From Verrucomicrobiota bacterium (lineage in GTDB: Bacteria > Verrucomicrobiota > Lentisphaeria > Lentisphaerales > Lentisphaeraceae), in the NCBI GenBank assembly GCA_039798785.1, contig JBDKFG010000006.1:58832-122831 (forward strand): a stretch of 64,000 nucleotides of DNA, read 5' to 3'. The position numbers and the translations under genes were made by a program. The stretch's first letter is position 1. The number at the start of each line of letters is the position of its first letter. Shown here piece after piece: positions 27,935-38,911 of the stretch. The notes beneath the pieces were generated by a model that did no database searches, was not told the DNA's origin, and was given only the letters and a program-made list of their open reading frames with translations.

Positions 27935-29296
27935 ATGATCAACATCGCCATCATCGGCGCCGGCCTTTCCGGCTTGACTGCCGCTTGGGAGATCCTGCAG
28001 CTCCGTCCCGAATGCCGGGTCACGGTTTTCGAGGCAGGCGCAAAAGTCGGAGGGAAAATCTGCACGGAGCTTGAAGAGGGCTTCCTCTACGAACACGGAC
28101 CCAATGGCTGGCTGGCTTCGCGTCAATCGATCGGCTCGCTGGTGGAAAGAGTCGGGCTCGGCGGCGAAGTGATGCAGGCGGATGAAGCCGCGGCGAACCG
28201 CTATCTCTGGCGCGAGAATCGCCTGCTCAAGCTGCCGACCAAGCCGCAACAGATCCTCGGCTGGGAGGGCCTGAGCTGGAAGGCGCGACTCCGCCTCGCC
28301 GGCGATTTCTTCCAGAGACCGCGTCTGGAGGAAGATGAAAGCGTCCACGACTTCGCCTCGAAGCAATTCGGCAAGGAGTTCGCCGACGCGGTTTTCGATC
28401 CCTTCTGCACCGGGGTCTTCGGCGCCGATTCCCGCAAGCTGTCGATGCGCTCCTGTTTCCCTCCGGTCTTCGCCTGGCAGCGACGTTACGGATCGGTGAC
28501 TCGCGGCGCCATCGCCTCGCGCCCGAAAGACGGGCCGCCGAAGAAAAAAGGCCCCGGCCTGCACAGCCTGAAACGCGGCATGGGCAGCCTGATCGAGGCC
28601 TTGGCCGGACAGATCCGGGCACCGTCGCGAATTGTCCTTAATCAAGCCGTCAGCGGACTTCGTCTGCTCGGTAGAAAAGTCCATGTCGACGCCGGTTCCG
28701 AGAGCGGGGTTTTCGACGGACTCATTCTCGCCTGCCCCGCTGACGCGGTGAGCTCGATTCTTGGCGAGCTTCTGCCGCCGGATTTGCGGCAACAAAATCA
28801 CGCCATCGCCTACACCTCGATGGGCGTCGCGGTTTGCGGTTTCCGCAGCTCCGGCGAACCTCTGCTGCCGCCCAGCTTCGGCTTTCTCGTGCCCTCGTCC
28901 GAGCCGGCCCAGATCCTCGGCTGCCTGCTCGATTCCCGCGTCTTTCCCGGCCGCTGCGAGGCCGGCCATGAAGTGCTGCGGATGATGTTCGGCGGACCCC
29001 GTTCGCCCGGGCTTCTCAATCTCGGCGATGACGAGCTCAAGGCTGTCCTTCTGCCCGAACTGCGCCGCACCTTGCAACTCGGTCGCGACCCCGACTTCGT
29101 CAAGATCATCCGCTGGCCGCGGGCGATCCCGAGCCCGGCGCCGTTCCATTTCCGCCTCGTCGACGGTCTCGAAAAAGCGCTCGCCGGCACCCCCATCCTC
29201 CTCGCCGGCAACGCCTACCACGGCGTCTCCATGGACGATTGCGCCCGGGCCGGAAAAGAGGCCGCGGCTGGAATTCTTGCGCGGCTTGAACAATAA
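27935..29296 (+). CDS. hemG: HemY-type protoporphyrinogen/coproporphyrinogen oxidase
   Basis: IIGAGLSGL, EHGPN, RWPRAIP, GNAYHGVSMDDC. Confidence 0.88.
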   Translation: MINIAIIGAGLSGLTAAWEILQLRPECRVTVFEAGAKVGGKICTELEEGFLYEHGPNGWLASRQSIGSLVERVGLGGEVMQADEAAANRYLWRENRLLKLPTKPQQILGWEGLSWKARLRLAGDFFQRPRLEEDESVHDFASKQFGKEFADAVFDPFCTGVFGADSRKLSMRSCFPPVFAWQRRYGSVTRGAIASRPKDGPPKKKGPGLHSLKRGMGSLIEALAGQIRAPSRIVLNQAVSGLRLLGRKVHVDAGSESGVFDGLILACPADAVSSILGELLPPDLRQQNHAIAYTSMGVAVCGFRSSGEPLLPPSFGFLVPSSEPAQILGCLLDSRVFPGRCEAGHEVLRMMFGGPRSPGLLNLGDDELKAVLLPELRRTLQLGRDPDFVKIIRWPRAIPSPAPFHFRLVDGLEKALAGTPILLAGNAYHGVSMDDCARAGKEAAAGILARLEQ

Positions 29297-29371
29297 AACC
29301 ACGGGAAGCTCCGTTGCAGGTTCGGACACCGATTTCTCCGGTGCCAAAACAAAACCCATGGAGTCCCGCTC

Positions 29372-29656
29372 ATGAAATTCCTCACCCTGACCGCCGCCCT
29401 CTCGCTCTTCCTCGCTCTCAACCTCCGCGCCGAAGACACCGCTCCTGCCGGCGAAGGCAAGAAAGAAGGCGCCGGCGAGTGCAAAGATTGCAAAAAAGGC
29501 AAGCCCAGCAAAGAAGAGATCCTGAAGGAATTCGACAAGGATGGCGACGGCAAGCTTAACGACGAAGAGAAGGCCGCTGCCAAGGCTGCCCACAAAGGCA
29601 AGGGCAAAGGCAAGGGCGAAGGCAAAGGCAAGAAAGAAGAAGCCAAAGCCGAATAA
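29372..29656 (+). CDS. Small secreted EF-hand protein
   Basis: Signal peptide; FDKDGDGKLNDEE EF-hand loop; Lys/Gly-rich tail. Confidence 0.85.
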   Translation: MKFLTLTAALSLFLALNLRAEDTAPAGEGKKEGAGECKDCKKGKPSKEEILKEFDKDGDGKLNDEEKAAAKAAHKGKGKGKGEGKGKKEEAKAE

Positions 29657-29676
29657 TTCTGCTCCGGCAGTTTTCG

Positions 29677-29705
29677 AGCCGCTCCCCCGTCGGGAGCGGC
29701 TTTTT
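29677..29705 (+). terminator. Rho-independent terminator
   Basis: AGCCGCTCCC...GGGAGCGGCT followed by a T run. Confidence 0.8.
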
Positions 29706-29762
29706 GCCGCCTTGGGATTCCCTCCTTGGCGCAGTAGATTGCCGCTGATTCAAGAGGGATTT

Positions 29763-30962
29763 ATGCACGAGATTTTCCGTCAGCGTTTGTCGCAATGGGT
29801 CGAACAAGGCCGCCTCCGCCGCCTCCGCGATGAGGGCTCCCTCGATTCGCGCCGGGCGCAACGCGACGGCCGCGAACTGGTCAACTTCGGCTCCAACTCC
29901 TACCTCGGCCTCGAACGCCACCCTGCCGTCACCGCCGCCGCTGCCGCCGCAGCGGAAAGCACTTCCTCCACCTCGTCGCGCCTGATCTGCGGCGGCTCGC
30001 CCTTGCTGAGCCGACTCGAAGAGGAAACCGCGGCCTGGAAAGGCAGCGAGGCCTGCCTCGTCCTCAACTCCGGCTTTCAGGCCAACATCACCCTGCTGCC
30101 GGCCCTCGCCGGACGCCACGACCGCATCCTCGCCGACCGCCTCGCCCACGCCTCGCTGATCGACGGTGCCAAGCTCTCCGGCGCCGAGCTTCTGCGCTTC
30201 CCGCACAACGATCTCGATGCTCTCCAAGAGCTGCTGCAAAAACCCGCGACGGGCCAGGTTTTTGTGGTCAGTGAAACGGTGTTCTCGATGGATGGCGACA
30301 TGCCCGATCTGCCTCGCCTCGCCGCGCTGTGCCGCTCTTACGGCGCCTTCCTCTACCTCGACGACGCCCACGGCGCCGGCATTTGCGGACCCGAGGGTTC
30401 CGGCCCGGCGCACGGCCTCGGCGCCGATCTCCTGCTCGGCACCTATTCCAAGGCCCTCGGCTCCTTCGGCGCCTACGCCTGCCTGTCGGCCGAGCTGAAG
30501 GAATACTTGGTCAACTCCTGCCGCGGCCTGATCTACTCCACCGCCCTGCCGCCCGCCGTCCCGGCCGCCTCGCTCGCCGCCCTGAGCATCGTCCGCTCGG
30601 AAGAAGGTCAAGCCCTCCGCCATCGCCTCCTCGCCCTCGGCAACGAACTGCGCCGCCTCTTGCGCGACGGCGGTCTCGACATCCGCCACGACCCGACGCC
30701 GATCGTGCCGGTCCCCTGCGGCGACGAAGCCGCCACTCTGCGCCTCGCCGCAGCTCTGGCCGAAGAGGGCTTCCTGTGCCCCGCCATCCGCCCGCCCACC
30801 GTGCCGGAAGGCTCCTGCCGTCTCCGACTCAGCCTCACCGCGGCGCATCTCGACCGCGACATCCGCGAACTCGCCGCGGCGATCCTGCGGCATCATCCTG
30901 GGTTGAGAATTCAAAATTCAAAATTCAAAATTCAAGAAAACACCAGCAAAATCCAAGAATAA
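29763..30962 (+). CDS. bioF: 8-amino-7-oxononanoate synthase
   Basis: NFGSNSYLGL, HASLIDG, FSMDGD, DDAHG, GTYSKALG, AIRPPTVP. The C-terminal tail is encoded by a heptamer repeat. Confidence 0.93.
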   Translation: MHEIFRQRLSQWVEQGRLRRLRDEGSLDSRRAQRDGRELVNFGSNSYLGLERHPAVTAAAAAAAESTSSTSSRLICGGSPLLSRLEEETAAWKGSEACLVLNSGFQANITLLPALAGRHDRILADRLAHASLIDGAKLSGAELLRFPHNDLDALQELLQKPATGQVFVVSETVFSMDGDMPDLPRLAALCRSYGAFLYLDDAHGAGICGPEGSGPAHGLGADLLLGTYSKALGSFGAYACLSAELKEYLVNSCRGLIYSTALPPAVPAASLAALSIVRSEEGQALRHRLLALGNELRRLLRDGGLDIRHDPTPIVPVPCGDEAATLRLAAALAEEGFLCPAIRPPTVPEGSCRLRLSLTAAHLDRDIRELAAAILRHHPGLRIQNSKFKIQENTSKIQE

Positions 30963-31013
30963 AGATTCAAGATTTCAGCCTTCTTTTCGTGAACTTCGTG
31001 TCTTCGTGGTGAA
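30909..31013 (+). repeat. TTCAAAA/TTCAAGA heptamer array followed by a TTCGTG-type repeat
   Basis: AATTCAAAATTCAAAATTCAAAATTCAAG...GATTCAAGAT, then TTCGTGAACTTCGTGTCTTCGTGGTGAA. Confidence 0.75.
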
Positions 31014-31079
31014 GTCTTTTCTGCTCTTCTCCTTGCGCTCGCGCCAAGGCAAGGCAGAGTGGCGGCGGAGACCCCTCAC

Positions 31080-31172
31080 ATGCGCCTGATTCTCATCATC
31101 GTCATCCTTCTCGTCATCGTCGGCTTCATCGCCTTCGGCCTCGGCGTCGCCCGCGGCCGCCACGATAAATAA
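31080..31172 (+). CDS. Small single-pass membrane protein (30 aa)
   Basis: Manual translation MRLILIIVILLVIVGFIAFGLGVARGRHDK*. GGCGGAG upstream; C-ending codons like neighbouring genes; below the ORF-track cutoff. Confidence 0.65.
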   Translation: MRLILIIVILLVIVGFIAFGLGVARGRHDK

Positions 31173-31220
31173 GCTTTCCGCAACACCCGGCGGGACGTCG
31201 GGGCTCCCAGGTTAAAATCC

Positions 31221-33383
<2,163 letters not shown>

Positions 33384-33401
33384 GGCTTGACTTCCGGCTT
33401 T

Positions 33402-33624
33402 ACCCCGAAGGGGTTACAGCTTCCAGCGCAGGGTTGCGCCGAGCCTCGAGGTGCTACCCTGGGGACCGGTCAATGCCCTCGTACCCCGAAGGGGTTTCAT
33501 CTCGCGCTTGCTCCCGAGCGCACGGAACGAGATGAAACCCCTTTGGGGTTTGGAATCAGGAGGTTCATCCCCAGGGTAGGCGAGGCGCCAACCCTGGGCT
33601 GGAGGACGAAACCCCCTTGGGGTT
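33402..33624. repeat. REPIN-like doublet of palindromic REP units
   Basis: ACCCCGAAGGGGT (33402, 33483), CAGGGT..ACCCTGGG, and a mirror half with CCCCTTTGGGG, CCCAGGGT..ACCCTGGGCT and CCCCCTTGGGG. Lies between convergent genes. Confidence 0.75.
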
Positions 33625-33691
33625 GAGCAGCAAAGCAAAGCCGGCAGGATGCCGGCGAGCCCAGTGGGAGCGAGCAGCCATGAGCCCAATT

Positions 33692-34618
33692 TTACGGCTG
33701 AGCGACCTCAGGTTCGCTCAGGTCGACGACCGTGGAGCTTTCTTGAGTCGGATCGTTTTTGAACTCATTCGGGGTCAGCTTAGACCAGAAATATTGCATC
33801 ATGTCTTGTTCTTGACCTTCCTTCAGATATTCCCGGAAGGAGCGTTTGGACGAAGGCATGGCTGCAATCCGTTTCTGGGTCCGCTCGAGATCTGCATTCC
33901 ATTGGCCTTTCAGCTTCTCCAGGCTGGTCGCGTCGGCATTTTTTAACTGTGTCTTCAGCGTTTCTGTCGACTTGTGGAAATCGGTCAGCACATCCGTCGC
34001 CTGAGTGTAATCCTCATCCGACAAGCTCATAAATGCATAAGAGATCATTGACAAATTTTGCTCCACCTCGGGGTAGCGTTCCAGTATGGATTTGGATTCT
34101 TTGTCGAGAGTCTGAATCTGTTCCGCCAGAACCCGTTCTTCGGGACTCATCTTTTCGAGGACGGCGTCAGTGAGCTCATCAGAGGGGCCCATCAATCCAG
34201 TGGACTCGATCCATCCTCCACGCATACAAAGAGCATCCCGAGCCGCCTCGAGACGCTTCAATCGTTCACTGTCCTCAGAGGAGAGTCCCAGGAACTTGTG
34301 TCGAAGGATTTGTGAGCGTTGGCCAATCCGGTTGCAATACTCGATCATCCCGTCACGATACTCATGTCCCCCCTGATTCTCCTGAATAATCCGCTCCACT
34401 TCGCTCATCGTCGCGACGGCTTTCCCCGGCTTGGCGGTTTTTGCGTTCGCCGCAAGCTTTTGCGCTTCGGATTTTCCGTCGCCTTTTTGCGCTCCCGGCA
34501 AAGCCGGCTTTTCGGCGCTTTTCGCAGCGGCCGGCGCGGCCACTGGAGCTGGCCACTTCCAGATCAAACAGCCGATGACGGCAAGGCTGAGGGTGTGCAA
34601 AGCGTAATGAGGGTTCAT
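33692..34618 (-). CDS. Hypothetical membrane-anchored helical protein
   Basis: N-terminal TM, Ala/Lys/Pro linker and helical body. Looks less GC-rich than its flanks. Confidence 0.7.
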   Translation of the reverse strand: MNPHYALHTLSLAVIGCLIWKWPAPVAAPAAAKSAEKPALPGAQKGDGKSEAQKLAANAKTAKPGKAVATMSEVERIIQENQGGHEYRDGMIEYCNRIGQRSQILRHKFLGLSSEDSERLKRLEAARDALCMRGGWIESTGLMGPSDELTDAVLEKMSPEERVLAEQIQTLDKESKSILERYPEVEQNLSMISYAFMSLSDEDYTQATDVLTDFHKSTETLKTQLKNADATSLEKLKGQWNADLERTQKRIAAMPSSKRSFREYLKEGQEQDMMQYFWSKLTPNEFKNDPTQESSTVVDLSEPEVAQP

Positions 34619-34836
34619 ATCGGGTCTCCGGGCGAGTCTGATTCCAAGCTACACCCAGAGGATATGGAAAAGCAAGTCGGTGCCCGTCTCGCGCTGATCG
34701 ATCCGGCCCTGGCGGTTACAGTGCGAGTCGAGGATTTCCCCGGCGAAATTCTCTTCCGGTGTCTCGGTTTCGCCTTGTTCTTCGCCTGCGGTCAAGCCAT
34801 TTTGGCGGCACTCCCCCACCCCGAGGCCACCTTCCC

Positions 34837-36615
34837 ATGACACTCCGTTCTTGGCTGCAACCAGCCGCACTTCTAGGCGCCACTGCGCTTGCGGCCTTCC
34901 TCTTCTACAGCCGCATGGGCCAGGCCTGCGGACCGAATCTCGACACCGGCGAATGCCTGAGCCGGCCCGAGGAAATCGTCGGCAGCCGACTGCAGTTCGA
35001 CTTCCTCGACGGCATCAAGGATCTCATCTCCGCGCTGAAGGAGAGAAAGGTGGCGCTCCGCTCCGATCGCAGCCGCCTCGAGGACTACCTGCGGATGGGC
35101 GTGCTCGGCCGCAATCACGCCCCGATGTCCTGCTGCTACGCCGCCCGCGACTTGCTCAAGGATCCCGATGACTCCAAGCTCCAGGAAGCGCTCGACCAGC
35201 CCGCGCCGCGCGCCGCCCTCATCCTCTACGCCGTCTGCAACAGCTTCGAACGCGAAGAGGACCTGCTGCGCTTCGTCGAGCGCTTCGACCGCCTGAGCCT
35301 CAGCCCCGAGGAATTCGTCGGAGCCGACCTGCTCGCCCTCGCCTGCTACCGCTTCGCCCGCTACGAACGCTGCGAAACCCTGCTCGCCCGCGCCGCCCCG
35401 TCCCCCTTGAGCCGCTGGCTGAAGGCGAAATGCGCCTTCCGCAAAGGCGATCTCGACGGCACCGAGGCGGCCTACCGCGAACTGCTCGGCCAAGATGGCG
35501 CCCAGTTCGAACGCGGCGCCTGGAAGGCCCTGGTCTGCCCGGGAGCGGCCGAAGCCAGGCGCCGAACGCACATCATCAACAGCGACCCGAACCTCGAATA
35601 CGCCCTGCTCCTGCTCAGTCAGGAAAAATACCCCGAAGCCCTGAAGCATTTCCTTCTCGCCCGCGAAGGCTACGCCAGCGCCTACGTCGCCGAGCGCGTT
35701 TTGACTTGCGACGAGCTGCTCAAATTCTGCCGCGATGAAGCCTTGCCCGGCCAGGAAGATGCCAAGGAGGACAGCTTGAGTCCTCCCCCCGAGCCGAGCC
35801 TCGACAGCGGCGGCTGTGCCGAGCAGTTCCGGGTTCACGAAAGCGAGCTCTGGGAAGGCGTCGAAGTCGCCCAGCTCCGCCGCGACACCGCGACCATCCT
35901 CGCCCGCCGCCTGGTGAGGGAAAAACGCTACGACGAAGCGATGCCTTTCTTCCCGCCAGCGCTGCAGCAGTCTTTGCAGAACTATGTCGATCATCTCAAT
36001 CTTGGTCAGGACTTGCACAGCCCGGCGCCTAAACGCGCCGAAGCGCTCTGGCAGGCGGCGCTGATCTGCCGCGAACAGGGCATGGAGCTGATGGGCACCT
36101 GGCTCGGGCCGGATGGGGGGATTTACGAGGGGAGTTTTGAGGTCGAGCCGGAATCGATCCGTTTGCGATTTCAGCAACGCTATGATCTTAAGCCCAGCGA
36201 AAATGAGCATGAACGTGCGGCACGTTCGGTCGCCGCGCTTCCCGCGACCCGTTTCCACTACCGCATTCTCGCCGCTGAGCTCGCCTGGGAGGCCTGTTCC
36301 TTGATGCCGAGCAGCCACGAGCTCGGCCTCCGTCTCAACCGTGCGGGGCGTTGGATCGATTCCTGTGGACAGGTCAGCTATGCCGATCGTCATTACAAGG
36401 CACTGGTCAAGCGTTGCCGTCATCTGCCTATCGGCAGGGTCGCCGACAAGCAACGCTGGTTTCTCAGCGACGCGCAGCTTGAGAATCTGGCTCAGCTCGA
36501 TCCCGGCGATCTGCGCTGGACGGGCCGCCTGATCAAGGTCGGCATCCTCCTCGGCCTGCTGCTCGCTTTCGCCATCTTCGCCCGCTTCATCTGGAAACAC
36601 CGGATCAACGGATGA
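34837..36615 (+). CDS. TPR-like protein with signal peptide and C-terminal TM (DUF3142-associated)
   Basis: Signal ending ACGP; LARRLVRE.RYDEA, ELMGTWLGPDG, RFHYR; C-terminal TM. Paralog of the next gene. Confidence 0.8.
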   Translation: MTLRSWLQPAALLGATALAAFLFYSRMGQACGPNLDTGECLSRPEEIVGSRLQFDFLDGIKDLISALKERKVALRSDRSRLEDYLRMGVLGRNHAPMSCCYAARDLLKDPDDSKLQEALDQPAPRAALILYAVCNSFEREEDLLRFVERFDRLSLSPEEFVGADLLALACYRFARYERCETLLARAAPSPLSRWLKAKCAFRKGDLDGTEAAYRELLGQDGAQFERGAWKALVCPGAAEARRRTHIINSDPNLEYALLLLSQEKYPEALKHFLLAREGYASAYVAERVLTCDELLKFCRDEALPGQEDAKEDSLSPPPEPSLDSGGCAEQFRVHESELWEGVEVAQLRRDTATILARRLVREKRYDEAMPFFPPALQQSLQNYVDHLNLGQDLHSPAPKRAEALWQAALICREQGMELMGTWLGPDGGIYEGSFEVEPESIRLRFQQRYDLKPSENEHERAARSVAALPATRFHYRILAAELAWEACSLMPSSHELGLRLNRAGRWIDSCGQVSYADRHYKALVKRCRHLPIGRVADKQRWFLSDAQLENLAQLDPGDLRWTGRLIKVGILLGLLLAFAIFARFIWKHRING

Positions 36616-36655
36616 AGAAAGCTGACGAGTTGCGTAGTCATGGGCTTTGGGCTCT

Positions 36656-36741
36656 GACCCCTTGCGGGTCGGAATTCATTTTCTGCCTAGACCCAGGGTC
36701 GAAGCGACCCTGGGCTACCATGTGTGACCCGCAAGGGGTCA
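36656..36741. repeat. REP-like palindromic element
   Basis: GACCCCTTGCGGGTC and GACCCGCAAGGGGTC form a perfect inverted pair around CCCAGGGTC..GACCCTGGG. Confidence 0.75.
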
Positions 36742-36793
36742 AGCTCATAGGCAAGACAATAACTATCTCTTCGTTGACATCTTGGATCACCTC

Positions 36794-38911
36794 ATGAATC
36801 CCCTCCGCCTCTACTCCCTCCTCGCTGCCCTGGTCCTGGCCGGCCTCGCCTTCTTCTTCGGCAGCCGCGCCAGTGCCTGCTGGTGTGGCGCGGATGCCGC
36901 CTTGATCCCCGATCCGCAACGGGAAGTGATCCGCTGCCCGATCCTCGACTTCGACGAGAACCTCAAGATTCTCTGCGCCGACATTCCGGTGGAGGAGAAA
37001 TCCATTCTCTGCAATGAAGGTCAAGACGACTACGCCGAACGATTCCTCGCGGCAGAGACCGAGCTCATTCGCCAAGGCGGCCAAAACGAGGGCCAGGCGA
37101 TCCTGCTCTACCAGCAGATTTGCGGCCTCCGCGACCTTGTCGAAGCGACAAAACTCGGCGAAGGCCTCTTCGCCTTGCCGGAAGCTCAGCGCCGCCAGGT
37201 CTCGGTGCTCGCCGCCTACCGCCTTTGCCGCCTCGCCTGCCGGGAGAAAGACGCCACTGCTTGCGACGCCTGGGGCGCCCGTTGCCGCACCTTGGCCAAG
37301 GCCGGCTTTCCCGATCCCCTCGGACTCGCCGCCGCCACCTGGGGCTGGAGCGCCCAGATCCGCTACCGCAATCGCGACTTCGCCGAGGCGATGGAGCTCT
37401 ATCTCAAACACAGCGCCTGCGGCGATCCCAGCGCCATTCTTTCCTGCCGGATGACTGCCGATGAGATCCTCAAAATCGACGACGAGGCAGCCTTTCAAAA
37501 GGCCTGCGCCGAGCCGCGCTGCCTCGCCCTGGTCTTGCTCCGGGCATCTTCGGTGGAGTGGAGCTCTTGGGGCTATTCACTCTCAAGCGAAGACGAAGAC
37601 AGTCTCCTGCGTTTCACCCTCAAGCTCGATCGTATTCTCAAGGACAATCCCAAGGTCGCGGGAGCCGGCTTCCTCGCCTTGGCCCTGTATCGTTTCGGTC
37701 GCTATCAGGACTGCGAGAGACTGGCTGAGAAAGAGCCCGACTCGGTCCTCAGTCAATGGCTGCTCGCCAAGCTGGCGATGCGCCGCGGCGACATCGCGAC
37801 AACTTCGGCGCAGTATCAACGCCTGCTCAAAATGCCGCTGGAATCCTTGCGGATAAAACCGAATTGGCGCGATAAACTTACTGTCGGCGATGAAGAAGGA
37901 CCGGCCCGGAGCGAAATCCTCGCCGAAGACGCCTTGATCCAGCTTCACCACGGCCACTACCAGCAGGCGCTGCGGCAATTCGTCGAAGCTGACTTCCTGC
38001 TGGATGCCGCCTTCGTCGCCGAGCGCATCCTGAGTACCGACGAGCTCAAGGCCTTTGTCCAAAGCTTGCCGGAGGAGCTGGATGACGCGCCGATTGAACG
38101 CAGCCTCTGGGTCGATGAGCTCTGCAGCCGCGGCGCCTTTCTCCGTCTCCTCCTGGCGAAACGCCTGGTGCGGGATGATCGCTACGACGAAGCTCTCGAA
38201 TTTCACCGTGGAGAGGAAAAACTCCTGCTGCAAAAATATGCCGAGTTGCTGAAAACCGGGCGCGACGCCAAACTCCCGAAGTCGCAACGGGCCGAAGCGT
38301 TTTGGCAGGCCGCAGAAATCGCCAAGACCAAAGGCCTGGAGTTGATGGGGACCTGGCTCGGCCCTGATGGCGACTTCGCCGAAGGAAATTTCATCGAAGA
38401 AAATGTGGGGATCTGGGAGGCTTCCGGACGTTGTTTGCTTGATGAAAAAGAGATGGAGATTGTGACCGACACCCTCCGCTCCAGCATCAAGGACGCCCTC
38501 AAGCCGAGTGCCGACGAGCTCGCCCGCATCCAGCGTCATGCGCCGACGCCGAATCGCCGCTACCACTACCGCTGCATCGCGGTGAAGCTGGCGATTGAAG
38601 CTTGCTCTTTGATGCCCGATGGACATGAGCTGGGGCGTCACTTGGTCATCGCCAATTCCTGGGACGGCAACGACGACGGCTACGACTTCCATGGCGAACT
38701 GATGAAGCGCTGCCAAGGCACGGTGCTGCGCCGCGTCGTCTATCATCACGGCATGATTGCTCCTCGGCATCTTGAGAATCTGGCCGCCCTCGATCCCTGG
38801 CCGGCGCATCGGCGTCGCCAGTTCTGGCAAGTGGCGATTGCGGTGGCCGCACTCGGCGGCGGCCTCTTCTTGCTGGTCTGGCTGTGGCGGCGCCGGAAAT
38901 CCAAGCCATGA
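36794..38911 (+). CDS. TPR-like protein with signal peptide and C-terminal TM (DUF3142-associated)
   Basis: Signal ending ASAC; LAKRLVRDDRYDEA, ELMGTWLGPDG, RYHYR; TM followed by WRRRK. Confidence 0.8.
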   Translation: MNPLRLYSLLAALVLAGLAFFFGSRASACWCGADAALIPDPQREVIRCPILDFDENLKILCADIPVEEKSILCNEGQDDYAERFLAAETELIRQGGQNEGQAILLYQQICGLRDLVEATKLGEGLFALPEAQRRQVSVLAAYRLCRLACREKDATACDAWGARCRTLAKAGFPDPLGLAAATWGWSAQIRYRNRDFAEAMELYLKHSACGDPSAILSCRMTADEILKIDDEAAFQKACAEPRCLALVLLRASSVEWSSWGYSLSSEDEDSLLRFTLKLDRILKDNPKVAGAGFLALALYRFGRYQDCERLAEKEPDSVLSQWLLAKLAMRRGDIATTSAQYQRLLKMPLESLRIKPNWRDKLTVGDEEGPARSEILAEDALIQLHHGHYQQALRQFVEADFLLDAAFVAERILSTDELKAFVQSLPEELDDAPIERSLWVDELCSRGAFLRLLLAKRLVRDDRYDEALEFHRGEEKLLLQKYAELLKTGRDAKLPKSQRAEAFWQAAEIAKTKGLELMGTWLGPDGDFAEGNFIEENVGIWEASGRCLLDEKEMEIVTDTLRSSIKDALKPSADELARIQRHAPTPNRRYHYRCIAVKLAIEACSLMPDGHELGRHLVIANSWDGNDDGYDFHGELMKRCQGTVLRRVVYHHGMIAPRHLENLAALDPWPAHRRRQFWQVAIAVAALGGGLFLLVWLWRRRKSKP

